DNA from: Neoechinorhynchus agilis
Taxonomy: Eukaryota; Animalia; Acanthocephala
Assembly: GCA_051530055.1 (NCBI GenBank)
Contig: CM121343.1
Location: 6,914,389-6,978,388, forward strand
DNA length: 64,000 bases
Direction of reading: 5' to 3'
The notes beneath the pieces are model-generated. The model searched no databases and had not been told where the DNA came from. It saw nothing but the letters and a program-made list of their open reading frames with translations. Positions 46,540 through 59,540 of this stretch are shown here, in pieces. A program made the translations under genes and the position numbers. The first letter of the stretch is position 1; every line of letters begins with the position of its first letter.

Positions 46540-49500
46540 GAGGATGGAAATCGCACCATATTTATTTCTGGTATGCCGGAAGCCCCTGTTACAGATCCTG
46601 TCGCCGCTGATGCACACAACCGCAACCAAATCCTTCGAATTGGTCAACTCCTTTCCCCGACATTCACTCTACTATTCCTCCCCCATTAACAGTTATGCGC
46701 ATTATATCCAAAAATCGCTTCAACCCGAGACCACATTTCGTCAAAGTTACTTTTATTTCACAACTCGTAGCCTTCCTCTTTCTTAACAGGAGATACAAAC
46801 TTCTTACTAGCAAAAACCCACGAACATCTCCCCCATCCCAAAAAATCGAAGAATAAGCGACTTCCCAGTTTCTTTGATTACGTGCAACTCGACCGGCGCC
46901 CGAATAACCACATAGGTCAATCTCCCAGCCGTTTCACATTAAGCACTCTCTTTTTCCCGAACTAATTAAATAATTTTCTCTTTAACCCTACTCAAAATCA
47001 TCATAAATCGGCCCATCCAACCGTAGCTGATCCATGCAAAGTCCCAACCTTAAACTCATTTCTATCATAACCATTCACTCATCCCAACTAAAATTTTCGA
47101 GCCGCCCGGACTTCTTTGGGATAATCAATCGTTCTTTATCGGTATCCCGTAACGATTCCTCCCTTAAACTACCACCCGCAACGAACAATGCAACCCCAAT
47201 CTCCCTCACTTCCACCCCCGATTTCGCGAAATCCAAAATTCCCTTCCCCGCCGTTTTCTACTCCAATACTCGTAGCCTCCTTCCTAAACTAAATGAAATT
47301 TCATTCGTTTCATCTACCTCAAAAGTAGACATAGTCATCTCAACAGAAACGTTGCGTACCCCCTTCAACAGCGATTCAGCCATCCTTCCCGGGTACTCTT
47401 CCTTCCATACATACTACGATGACCGTCAAGGGGGGTCTCAATTAACGTACGGCAATCGCCATTTTACTCTTTATCTTTCACATGCTCTCTACAAAGCGCT
47501 GATCTAGAATTCATTCCAGTCCATTCCACAGCTCCTCTGAGAAACGGCCTTAGAGAATTCACCATTGCTGGCGTCTATCGCCCTCCGGCCTCTCTTCCTG
47601 AATCCTCTTTGCTCCAAATTGACTCTATGATTGAGCTCATAAACTCCACAAATTCGCACCATTTCTTAATTGCAAGGGACTTCAATAATCTATTTCCTCT
47701 TCTACCCTTCTCGGAGTTGCGTCAACTACTTGACTTTCCAACTCGTCTTGACGCTCATCTCGACAAAGTGTTCACAAATATCGACGCCTACTCATCCGCC
47801 TCTAAACTCCCTCCCCCCGCGAACACTGACCACTCTGCTCTTATCACTCCCTCCACCTCAGCGTTTTAAATCTTCCCGTCTACCCGTCTGGGATAAACGT
47901 GATCATCACATCCAAAATTTTATAAAATTGTTCAATTCTATGATTCACACCCTCCACTCTAAAACACAAATGACCGTTCCTTGGCTATGTCCTCCCTAAC
48001 CTCAAATATAACCCCATTTTGAAACTTCTTCAAAGGCAAGCTTCTAACGCCAACCACAATAACCGCCCAGACTTCCCACTTTTACAAATAGCTCTAACTA
48101 ACAAAATACTTATCGTCCGCAAAATATTTCATTCCTCTAAAATTCGTTCGGGCGGCAATTAAACATATTCTTTGTCTACGCCACCCGGATCCATTCCCTC
48201 ATTTGTCCTCCACTGAATTAAAACAGGTTCTAGATTACAACAATCAGAACCTCTGCCCTGACTCAATTTACAATCACTACTCAACATCAGTCCCCACACA
48301 ATCTTTTACGTCCACAGCTGAAACTCTTGTCAACTCGCCGATACCCCTTAGTTTCATCATATGAAGTACTAAAGTATCTCATGAAATTACCTAAAAATTC
48401 GTCCTCTCAATCCGAAATCCCAAACTGGGCTCTTCGCTGCATCATCCCCGAACTTATCGACCCTCTAACCCTCATTATACATCGCAGCTTTTTATATGGC
48501 ATCTATCCCTATTGCCTCAAAACTGCCAAAGTTTTACTCGTTCCAAAAAAAGGGCATCCTATTTCGGCTGTATCATTCCGTCCAATTTCCATTCTACCCG
48601 CTCTTTCAAAAATCATCGAAAAATGTTTTAAATCTCGCCTCCTTTCACTTCACGAAACGTTATCGCCCCTACAATTTGGCTTTCGGCCCAAATTTTCTGC
48701 AGCCGATGTCCTACTTTGCATTTATGACACGCTCCTACGCAACCTCGACAATAACCCTTCTAACGTCACCCGTCTCATTCAACTGGATTTATCGAAAGCA
48801 TTCGACTCTGTGAACCTTTGGTCTCAACTTGTGGGAGATCCGCGGGCTCGAATTTTATCTTCACAATCGCAAGCAATACAGTCACTGCTCTTCTACCCCC
48901 TCAATCTGCCTATCCCGCACCAAAGGCGTACCTCAAGGTGCTGTGCTGTCACCACTTTTCTTTAATATTTTGCTAAACGACTTCGAACCTCTCTCCTCTA
49001 ACTCTAAACTCTTCCCATACGCCGACGATATCACCCTCATCACCCATTCACCACCCCACCTCTCCGTTTCTTTAACCTCTAAAGAAATCTCACATATAAA
49101 AGATTTCTGCACCTATCACAAACTCCACCTGAATTTCTTTAAATGCATCAAAATGATCCCTTAACTCTCCCGCAACACCACATCATCCCCTGAGCTTCTA
49201 AATGACATCCTACGATTCATCTTCCTAAGAATTCTGAGTATCCAATTTCAATCAAAATTCAAATGGGACTCGCACATCACTCTCTCCCTCGAGCTTCCGG
49301 CATAGGAATCCCTTCAACCGATCTTTACAAATTTTACTTCTGCTTTGTCTTACCATCCCTCACCTACGGTTACCCCGTATTTTGCAACCTTTCCAAATCT
49401 CAAATCCGTCGTCTTGAAATTCTTCACAAAAGAGCATCTAAAATTTGCACAATTGACTTTCCTTCTCCCATCGAATGCCTTGATACTATTTTCTTAAAAC

Positions 49501-49739
49501 AATAAAAACGTCTCTCAACCCAACCACCACAATTTCTTCCACATGTCGCTCCCTTTTCACACGAGAACAACATTCGTAATCCTAATTCGTTTCATCCTCC
49601 TTTGACCTCGCACCTCCCTATATCCACACTCCTTTTTCCATGCTATTAAATCTTCTCGGATATCATAACTTGAAATGAACCGGAGGAAAGACCCAACATT
49701 ACAAGCGCTCCTGCAAGCAATAAACTCCTATTCCCACCA
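46540..49739 (+). mobile_element. L2/CR1-type LINE (ORF1 remnant, APE endonuclease, RT), decayed
   Basis: IFISGMPE (ORF1-like); YSNTRSLLPKLNEI..DIVISTET (APE); KTAKVLLVPKK, FRPISILPALSKIIEK, QFGFRP, LDLSKAFDSV, GVPQGAVLSP, PYADDITL. Confidence 0.9.
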
Positions 49740-50677
49740 GAACGGACTAAAGTTTAATTTTGTCTAAAGAAGATTCATAAAAGAATGATCGTCTAATCAT
49801 AGTTAAAGTTTTTCGTGAATAAAAAGCGAAATTTTTTATTCTTTGTTCGGTCAAACGATTAAACAAAAATTTGACCTTGAACGTTCATATTGTATCGATA
49901 TCGGAATTATGGAAGCAAACTCTAATATCGGAGGATACCCTTGAGAATATTAGCACTAAGAAAATATTTATAAAATAATTAGACAAAATCTAGATTCTGT
50001 TATGCGACATTCCCCGAAACCGTCGTACAGTCTTATTGCGCCTTAGACCATAGTTAAAATCGATATTTATTATTAACTTTCTCATCTAAAAATCTTTATT
50101 GCACAAATGTTTCAACTTCGCACACAAAATATGCAAGTAATAGAATCATAGGGGAAATATTTAAGAAATGAACGATTGTGTGTACTATGGCATATAGTCA
50201 CCAGTCTCATCTGAATGATTTGTTTTAAGAAATTTATATAGGATACGAAAACAAAGACAGCATAATGATAAACTTACCAAGTTAAACTTTCGAAAACACG
50301 TCAATGAATAAGCTCCTTTGAATCCGCAACCCCTGGTAAAAAAGCAACCGAAGCTGTTCACTCACACCATTTCTTACTCTTTTATTAGTGCCAATGAATT
50401 TTTCTATTGAAGGCAACAATGTGGCCATGGGGTTCATTGCGTTATTTCAAATGCAAACTCAATCCAAAGATAGCGATTGAATTATCCAGCTGCGGCCAAA
50501 TATATTTGTGTGGAAAAGATGGTTCAGAAATGCAGTAAAAATACAGAACATTAAGTTCACTGCCCGACATAGCATTCAGTTCTTAATACCTTGAAAAAAT
50601 TAATAAAAGATCGGAGCGCGGTTGGCCGTTGTATTCATCAAAGCATTGTAATGGCTGTATTGTAGAATAGTCGATAA

Positions 50678-50805
50678 GTCTTCACCCACGGTAAATAGTT
50701 TTTTATTAAAAACGTTTCGAACCTCATCGGAATAACTAACAAACTGATGATGAACCCGACGAGGTTCGAAACATCTTTAATAAAAATTGTTTACCTGGTG
50801 AAGAC
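50678..50805 (+). ncRNA. Minimal hammerhead motif within a head-to-head inverted copy of the same short repeat
   Basis: CTGATGA 50744-50750, stem II GAACC/GGTTC (50752-50756/50763-50767), GAAA-C-ATC; arms 50678-50730 and 50757-50805 are inverted. Confidence 0.55.
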
Positions 50806-51347
50806 GAACTCCGTCAAGAACGATCCCATGCCCGGCTGAAAAAGGTGGAGGGTTTAGCCAAATTTTGACCTAAATTACAACCAACAACCGAAACGAATTA
50901 CCGGGTGAGGACTCCTAAACAATATTCCTATGCTAAGGTTTGAAGTGAATCTAAAGGACAATTCGATTCATAGTTCAAAACGAACAAATATGAGGACACC
51001 GTTAAATCACATCGCGATTTTACATAGTAATCCAATCCGACGTGTTTATTCGTTTTTGATCGTCAGTATGCCCACTTTACACCGGAAAGAGGAATGTAAT
51101 AACTTTTTGATCACCGCGGCACGTAGTTTATAAACCAATCGTACACCACATAAAATTCATGTGGCTTTCTTAGGAAGATCTTTGAAAGTATTATTAGTTA
51201 GGACATTTCGAAATGGCTAAAGATGTTGAATAGATGAACATGAATGAAGACGTCGTCGTGGATAGGACATTTGTATTTGAAGTACAGAAAGGGGATTATT
51301 TGTGTCAGTATAAGACGACCCTTCATCCCATGTGTAAATCCCTAGCT

Positions 51348-52763
51348 TCAATGTCTATTATAGTCATAGGCATAATCGCTGTATCCGTTTATCGGCTCAG
51401 CGTCTTCTTCGGCCTCTTCGTCCTCAGCATTGCCTTCATTAGGTTCATTTCCTCCGGATCCGTCATCTTCAGCAATATACTCCGTGGTTTGAAGTTCATC
51501 GACGGGGTATGTGTAAGGGTGGAAGAGACTACCTTCCTCGTCTTCCCCCGATTGCTCTCTCAATCTTCCTTCATGGCTAGGTGAATCCGACTGGTAACTA
51601 TCAGGGAGTTCGTTCGCTCTTACGTCCTGTTGGTCTTGATGGTGCCGCTGATATTCATCATCTTCTAACTGACTTGCATCTAGCTGGTCACCCCTGTCCT
51701 CATCGTGTGTATCTCCCTCTTCAAGAGTTTCCTCACCAGCATCTTCCTGGTCTCTTCCATACAATTGCTGCTGTCGCTTGTATTCCTCCCAGTACTGTTC
51801 CTGTTCGTCAGGTGTATGCAAAGATGGTTCTTGTTGTTGCTGCTGAGACTGCTGTTCATACTCCAAACGCCTCTGCTCCTCTTCCAATCTCTGCATTTCT
51901 CTCCTCTGGTCTTCTAATCTTCGCAAATACATTTCATTCTCGCGTTCCTGCTCAAGTCTGGCACGCTCGGCTTCATCTGGGTAAGGTTGTTCCGGCTGGG
52001 CGTAGGGTGTATCCCGATGTTGCCCATATTCAGCTTGTTCTTGAGATACTTGTGGCTGATAAGGGTATTGCTCATGTACCGATGGTGGCGGTTGTGGCGG
52101 TTGTTGTTGTGCCGGAACTGGAACCATGTACTGTCGGTGAGGATCATTTGTTACCTCAAGGAAGACGGACTCGAAATCTCGCGGATTCCCGGTATTCGCT
52201 CTACAGATATAAGTTCCACTGTCAGATGACTGCAAGTTTTCCATGTCGATGCGGTAAATATTTCGATGGAGTAGCTTTTTGGTCTCAGTACTTGGCGAAA
52301 ACGGCTTAACAAGAGAAAAGAGTTTGAAGGAATTGGAGGGGAAATGGAGTAACTTACCACCCCACTCTCTCGGGACCAAGTTCCGCTAAACCCGTCACTG
52401 AGCTCGCAATCGAAATGAACGGAATCACCGACCATTTTAGTCGTGTGTTTGCCCGGGGCGAATATGTATATATCTAATCGATCGGAATATCTCCCAAGAT
52501 GTTGTTGTTCTGCCCAATAAGAAGGTTGTTGCTGCTCAATTTGCGATCGCTGAGGAGGCTCCTGCCAATGTCCATGCTGGGCTGAATGATTTGAATGTAG
52601 TTTTGAGGGGACAGACAAGACTTGAGAACTGACCTTGTCGCCTTACTCTTCCTACTTCCTTAACCCGGAGCTCTCTGCTGTAATGGGCAACAAGAACATT
52701 TCCATGATTGTTGAGCGAAGCGTTAATCACATCAACAATGAGCAAAAAACAAAATACAATCAT
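51348..52763 (-). CDS. Secreted single-Ig-domain protein with Gln/Glu-rich acidic tail (3 exons)
   Basis: Signal-like MIVFCFLLIVDVINAS, RVRR site. Ig VGDSVHFDCEL..TWSRESGV|PFSP..IYRIDMENLQSSDSGTYICRA; GT-AG introns at ~52630-52580 and ~52358-52306. Confidence 0.75.
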
Positions 52764-53672
52764 AAAATCTTTGCCGTACTAAATCATTGGGTTAGTATAA
52801 TCGAGTGAAGTGGATTTTTCTCACCATGATTGAAGAAATTGTATGTTGCTGTTGGTGCGCGGAATGGCACGATTGCCTTGCAAAGATTCCCGATGAACAC
52901 TCGGAGCTTTTTTAATTGAAAAACATGCAGACACGTTGACTGAATACCACCGGCAGTAAAATAAAACTCACCCACACACCAAGATCAGCACGGAAATGAT
53001 TATGCCGTACTTTAAAGGTTGCTTAGATATCGCTTTTTCGTCGTTATCGTCTGCGTTTAATATATGTTAGTTTTGCATATAGACACAAGAACCGATTGTC
53101 ACTTTTTCTGCATCCTCTTCCTCGAAAAGAACCTATATGCGCCTACCCTCTATTCCAGCTACAGCAATCTTTGACGGAAGAGATTCTGTCACATTCTCAG
53201 CATTGCACCCAACGCGGGATTATGATACTCCATCAAAAAGAAATATAGAAACAGCAAGACTGACATTGTTGCTAAAGAGATCCATCTCATATCTAATCGG
53301 TGGATCAGGCGCCTACACGCTAAGCACCGCTCGTTCACGTACAATCAATAAAGCCATTGATCACTTTTTGCTGCGCTTTGTGGCATTACTGATTCCGGGC
53401 AAAAAAACATTCCACATTATCCCGCAGACGTACGCACGAATTCATACGATCAATACCGACCCGGAATTGTTGACTTTCGATTCGCATATTATTAAGAGCA
53501 GACATTTTGGGATACACGTTCCTCATGAAAAGAAATTATGTATACGTCTTTTGGCCTTAACCAACCATTTTAGCATTCTTAAATTCATTATTCTGGTTTC
53601 TAGCTGCCTTTAGGACGATTGAGACGCTTTAAGGAATCAATAATTTAAGGATTAAGGCGGGGTATGCCTCCT

Positions 53673-54542
53673 GCTCAAATAAGGACAATAGAAAAGATAA
53701 TTTGACAGTGAATCTGGATTACACAAAAACAATTTTCCCTTTCTTCATGCAAAATTCTAACCAAAGCCGAATTCGAGATCTGCATTATGTTTGTTCGACT
53801 TTGGCAAATGAGGCATTTAGGTCCAATAAAGGCCATGGATGCAAGGAGAGCATTTATTACTTAAGACGTAACGCCAATTTGTACTTTACTACAAATGATT
53901 AATTTGCCAGTCAATTGGTGGATCGTCGATTGACTTCTCAATCGCATTTCATCTTTTCGATTGTCCTCATTTAAGCAGATGGAAACAAATTTATTGATTT
54001 TTGACACCGATATTTCGGACTTTTACTCATACTTCAGGATCCTCAAAAAAACGCGACATTTATAGCTCAAATAAGGACAATAGAAAAGATAATTTGACAG
54101 TGAATCTGGATTACACAAAAACAATTTTCCCTTTCTTCATGCAAAATTCTAACCAAAGCCGAATTCGAGATCTGCATTATGTTTGTTCGACTTTGGCAAA
54201 TGAGGCATTTAGGTCCAATAAAGGCCATGGATGCAAGGAGAGCATTTATTACTTAAGACGTAACGCCAATTTGTACTTTACTACAAATGATTAATTTGCC
54301 AGTCAATTGGTGGATCGTCGATTGACTTCTCAATCGCATTTCATCTTTTCGATTGTCCTCATTTAAGCAGGTGGAAACAAATTTATTGATTTTTGACACC
54401 GATATTTCGGACTTTTACTCATACTTCAGGATCCTCAAAAAAACGCGACATTTATAGCTCAAATAAGGACAATAGAAAAGATAATTTGACAGTGAATCTG
54501 GATTACACAAAAACAATTTTCCCTTTCTTCATGCAAAATTCT
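53673..54542. repeat. 392-bp tandem duplication (2.2 units)
   Basis: GCTCAAATAAGGACAATAG at 53673, 54065, 54457. Confidence 0.95.
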
Positions 54543-55208
54543 TGGTTCCAGCATGTAGAATTATGAAGTTGAACGATGACTTTGATAAGGGCATTGTTAG
54601 ATGCCTTAAGAGGCTTCGTTTGAGTTTCAAATTTACACAATTTTGAACCGAGTAGAAAATCTAAGCAAGATGTGATTGATATAAGAAGTTAAAGCACAAG
54701 AAAGTGATATTTTGACTCCTAGACAAAACAAAAGCTTCGTATTATGAACGGTCACTATTTGCTTTTAATCAAAACCATTCACCACTCAATAATAATAACG
54801 AGAACAGCAAAACTGGATGCAATGATGGTTCTCAATGATTAAATCAGTGACTATTTTTGAATCGCACACCTCAAACCGTTAGTAATATTAACAAGAATCG
54901 GGCTTAAACATCATGACTTTAGCAATAAACAATTCTGATTCCATGTTTGGCATTTTGGCGGAGTTCACCTTGAATAAACTAATCCGCCTATAATAGAAAT
55001 ACAACCAAACGAGTGAAATGCAGATCTTTGGTTGTAGTCAGATAACTCAATTTCATCATCAATTGATTCTATAATAGAATAATTATCGTCTCGAGAGCAA
55101 ACCCAAAACATACAAAACTCAGAATCACAAACTGATATGTTTTACTCAGATAATCATTGGACACTACCAGTCCAACACAATTAAGCAATGATTAAAATTG
55201 CAGATTGA

Positions 55209-55469
55209 CTATTTGCCGGATTTATCGGCCTTAGCAGAAGACGTTTTCTTGGTCAACGGCGTATTGGGCGCTTCTCCTTTTACTTTCCGAGATGACTTTT
55301 CCTTTGTTGAAGCATTTGTAGTTTTCGTCTTTCTCCCTATTGGAGACTTCGATTGCTTCGCCGGAGATGGACTCGCTCTCTTCTTTGATGCCGTCTTTGC
55401 CTTATCTGTCTTTGCCTTCGATTTCTTAGATGGTTTCACTCCTGTTGGTTTCTTTGCCGCAGTTACCAT
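55209..55469 (-). CDS. 86-aa Lys/Ser/Ala/Thr-rich basic protein (linker-histone-tail / protamine-like), no globular domain
   Basis: 24 Lys + 3 Arg in 86 aa; SPAK and KSP motifs; ATG preceded by AAA; single ORF. Confidence 0.65.
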   Translation of the reverse strand: MVTAAKKPTGVKPSKKSKAKTDKAKTASKKRASPSPAKQSKSPIGRKTKTTNASTKEKSSRKVKGEAPNTPLTKKTSSAKADKSGK

Positions 55470-57703
55470 TTTAAGTAGTTAGTGTGATTTAATGTTGCAC
55501 AGGTTGCGAAGCAGTAAATGTTTAATGTTATTTTGTAAAATCAATACTGACATATTATCATTTTCGGAAAGAAGTTGTATTTAATTTAAATTGTTTTAAA
55601 ACGCCATTGGGCAACAGAAATGCACCCATCTTTAGTAATTAAGATGTAGATTTGCATCTCGACTTTCTCATATGAAAAATCCTGCCGTTGAATTTGCCTG
55701 AAAAAGCAAAGATACAATAATTTTGAATAACGAGCCTTCTTGGAATTTAATGACCTGTAAAGCATTGAGTTAAAAGCAAGTCTTCAATGTCGAAATAACC
55801 TTTTTTAAAGCATCGATGTGAAAAGGAAATAACATAACTTGGAATAAACGAAAAGTGAGATTTTCTCAATTATATTTTACAAAAAAATTCTCACCTAACG
55901 TACACATTTCACCGAAACAACTCAAGGAATTTTGATTCGCTTAATCGTTTCGATTTTTTCATAACAGATTGTTTTAATTATTGGCTGATAAAATTAAGCA
56001 ACGAATGAGCAATAATACTTGCAAAAGGAGCAGTAATTTTCTTTAAGTTCACGGTATTCCCGCATCATTAAAAGCCCAAAATAAATTCAAATAGAAGTGA
56101 TAAGTCAAATTAAAATACAAACCATGAATTGGTATCTGTTGTTTTAGATTAAAGCGGTTCAATTAATAAGCGAAACGCTCAATGGGTAAGTGAATATATA
56201 AGAAACTCTCCAGCGATGGTAAGGAGCAAAGCTTCAAGTTCCACGTTAGTTAATTCGAATAACCGGTATTGATTGACCGTGAAATTAGCTTTGATTATGA
56301 AACCGCCTGATTTGAGCCATCTTTTGCAAAAAATTCTAAGTTGCCAAGGTTTCAGGAACTTTGATTGGGAATGCGCATTTGTTGTCAGGCAACTGCTTAT
56401 TCGTAAAGTAAAACAGTTTAAGTTAGTTCAGAATACCTCTTATCTCAGGACACTAATGCTGACCAATGGTTTGTAATTTCTGCAATCATTAAGGATTAGT
56501 CGAAACTTTCGCTAGACCCGTCAAAATCAGGTTCTAAGGTAGTCGGAGTAAAGAAGAGCGGGGTCAAAAAAGTAAGAACGGTGAAATTCTTTTTTTCATT
56601 GAGATTCTTAATTTTAGACAACTATGCGTATGAACCGGGGTAGCACTGCTGATCCAAGATCAAAAGAAGTAAATGATCGTGTTCAGCAAACGGATAAAGT
56701 GAAAAAAAGTGTTAAAACAAAGCCACATACAATAGGAAATAAGAAAAAACAAATCAATGATATTGAGGATTCGCCTAGTTCAGCAAGTAATTTTTCAAAA
56801 CTTGATTGCATTTGAAAAACAGTTAATATATTTTATCCATTAAGATCATGTTGTGAATAAACCAGTGTTACTAGAACAAGTATTTCCTATTGGTTCTAGT
56901 ACATTAAACTCAGTAACTAATCAAATAGAGGATGAAGTGGTCTACAGCCCAAATTTAAAGCGTGTACGAGATTTTATTTTTTGTACATTTAATGGATTCG
57001 TTGCTTCCTAGGCAAAAAATAAATGGGCAAGAACTGATCCAGAGATGGCAAAAGTCGCTAAAATCATTGAAAAAAACCTAAAATTTAAAATTCCTAAATA
57101 TGTTGGTTTTATTGCACTCTACCTTATGATATAAACGGCCGTCTTAGAACAATATAATAAAGCAACAGCTCGAAGAAATCACCTTTTGTTTCGATATTGC
57201 AAAACTGGAGCTTGAACTAGTTTACATTTACGAGCTTCCACTTCCAAACTACCAGTTATACACTATCCAAGATTTTATTCGTTTCGCAAGAAAATTTTGC
57301 GAAGATGAGGAATACGACCAGGAAAGAGAACTTGTGAGCTACGCTTGTGACGATGTGAGTATAAGCCAAGCGTTGCCCTCAAACCTTTTATATTAAAAAT
57401 GAAAAAAAATATAAAAAAATTGAGCCCTTTCAATCACGTGCAATCACTAGATTTTAATCGTTAAAAAGTTCGACTTTTTAATGCATGGATAATTTGTTAG
57501 CGTTTAATTGTTCATAAGATATCAAACATTTTGCGTTGAGCAGATATAAATAATTTATAAGAATAATTAAATCGCTATTATCTCAATCGGTTAATTACTT
57601 ACTAACCAGGAACAATCGATATTGACGTTTTGGGCAAACAGACTAAAAACTATGATAATCGACGCTAAAAATAAGGTAATTTCGCTTATTTTTCTGCATT
57701 TCA

Positions 57704-58956
57704 TTGGTATACTTAATTCAGAGACGCAAAGGGCCGGATATTCCCGATCGTTCCTCCCCTTACAAGCCATGGAGGGTAAGAATGAAAGAGCTTAGGAAGA
57801 AATTGGCTATGGAACAAGAGAAAAAGCCACGCTTCAGGATAATTCCAAAGTTGAGGAAGATGATCCCAATTTCGAAATTTGCGGTTATTACGAAGGAGGA
57901 TAATATGGTATTGGTTAGACAATTGGTGATCAATAACGTACTTTGCGATCGGCTCAATATTTGTCCGTACTTTCCGTTTTGTGGGGAAGATTATCATAGT
58001 ATAAAATTTGGTGACTCTTGTTCATTTGTGATTGAACAAGAAGACACGGTATCTATTTATACAATACCGGATTGTAATGTTCAGAGGTTTCAATTGCATA
58101 GGTTGTAACAAAAATACAAGAAATTGATGAAGAAGAGTATGATCCAGAAAATGCAATTCTAAACTGGTTCCCACACGGTGAAAGTGACGACGGCGACAAT
58201 GAAGAAGATGAAGAGCCAAAGGAGACGAAGGATCAGGATACAACATCGATAGATGGTGATTCTATAAATGAAATGGATCTGTCCGAAGAAATAGAAGAGG
58301 AAGTGGTTGAAAAAGAAAAGAAAGATGAAAAAGAAGTGGAATGGGGAGAGGATGAAGAAGAGGAAGGGGTAGACGAAGAAGAGGTAGGGGAAGAGGAGGA
58401 AGAGGAAGAAGAAAATAAAAGAGAAAAGAATGAAGAAAAGAAAAGCGGAGAATTTGAAGAGAAAATTGAAGAGTACGAAGAAAAAATTGAAAAGGATAAT
58501 GAAGAAGTGCAAGAGAAGGTAAAGGAGAACGTAGAGGAAGAAGAGGAGGAGGAAGATGAAGTGGATGATTATGACCCTTGGTCACCCTATTGGAGTGAGT
58601 GGTACTGGTCGCCTGATGATCCAAGGAGGAATCGTAGATTTTTCTCTGACCGTTTCTCAGAAAAGGAACAACTTGAAGAAGAGGAGGATGAAGAGGAGGA
58701 AGAGGAAGAAGAGGTGGATTACTTAGAAACATTTCCGGTCGACGATCCAAGTCTCACGCCGGAAATTTATGAATGTTTCTTATATTATCATGTCTTCTTA
58801 AAACATGTTCTCCCTGTTAATCAAGAACCTCATGCTGGTTCAATGATATTAGAATGCAGCACTAAAACTGCAACTGACATGGTTCGCGATGAACCACTTT
58901 CCACCGTAAGTAGCAGCAGCAGCAGCGCAATGATCCATTTTTCATTAAATTCATAG
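57704..58956 (+). CDS. Unknown protein with very long Glu-rich tract (probably 2 exons)
   Basis: ORF 57704-58108 joins the acidic ORF via a plausible GT-AG intron ~58049-58101; strong GAA/GAG bias. Confidence 0.55.
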
Positions 58957-59540
58957 CTAACGAGACACAAATTCAAAGGATCTCACAGTGTAAAAATAAG
59001 CGGAATGTTCAATAATTTACTTATGTTTAAATTTATGGTTGATGGTGCGAGATTTATCGGCTATGAGGTGAGATGTTTTGTATTTCAGCTCTCATTAAAT
59101 TATTTTGAAAGCGTAAATTCTGGTCGATTAGACAACTCTCACGATCATTATTAATATCTTAGTAGATTTTTAGGCGAAATATTTGTACCGTTGGAGCGTT
59201 GTTGAACTATTTGTTGAGCTGAGAGACAAATTATACTTGGTAGTCGATTTTTGCTAAAAATAATACTTGGTACATAAGAGATTTGTCGTTCCATCGTCGG
59301 AAAGTTACCCACTCCACCTGTTATTCGGCCATTGTTGTTATCCGAAAGGACGGTCTCCGAAAAGTTTTATTATGAAACTTGTTTTAAAAGTTTTCTCTGC
59401 TTGTAGAAATTTCACTCGAACTGCGAGGCATCAGTGTCGGTATTTTGGAACTCACTGGTCTATGAAAATACTATTCGATCAGTTGTTTATTTTAAGAATG
59501 TCATTAAATAAGGTTCTTTCAATTATCTCTTTAGCTTGAC

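Noticed and set aside
51581-52309. 242-aa plus-strand ORF, and similar antisense ORFs at 55198-55482, 58159-58512, 58262-58750
   Set aside because: Antisense shadows of low-complexity coding sequence.
54000-54045. Minus-strand CTGAAGT...CCGAAATATC..GTC as a hammerhead
   Set aside because: Core is CTGAAGT rather than CTGANGA, and stem I is absent.
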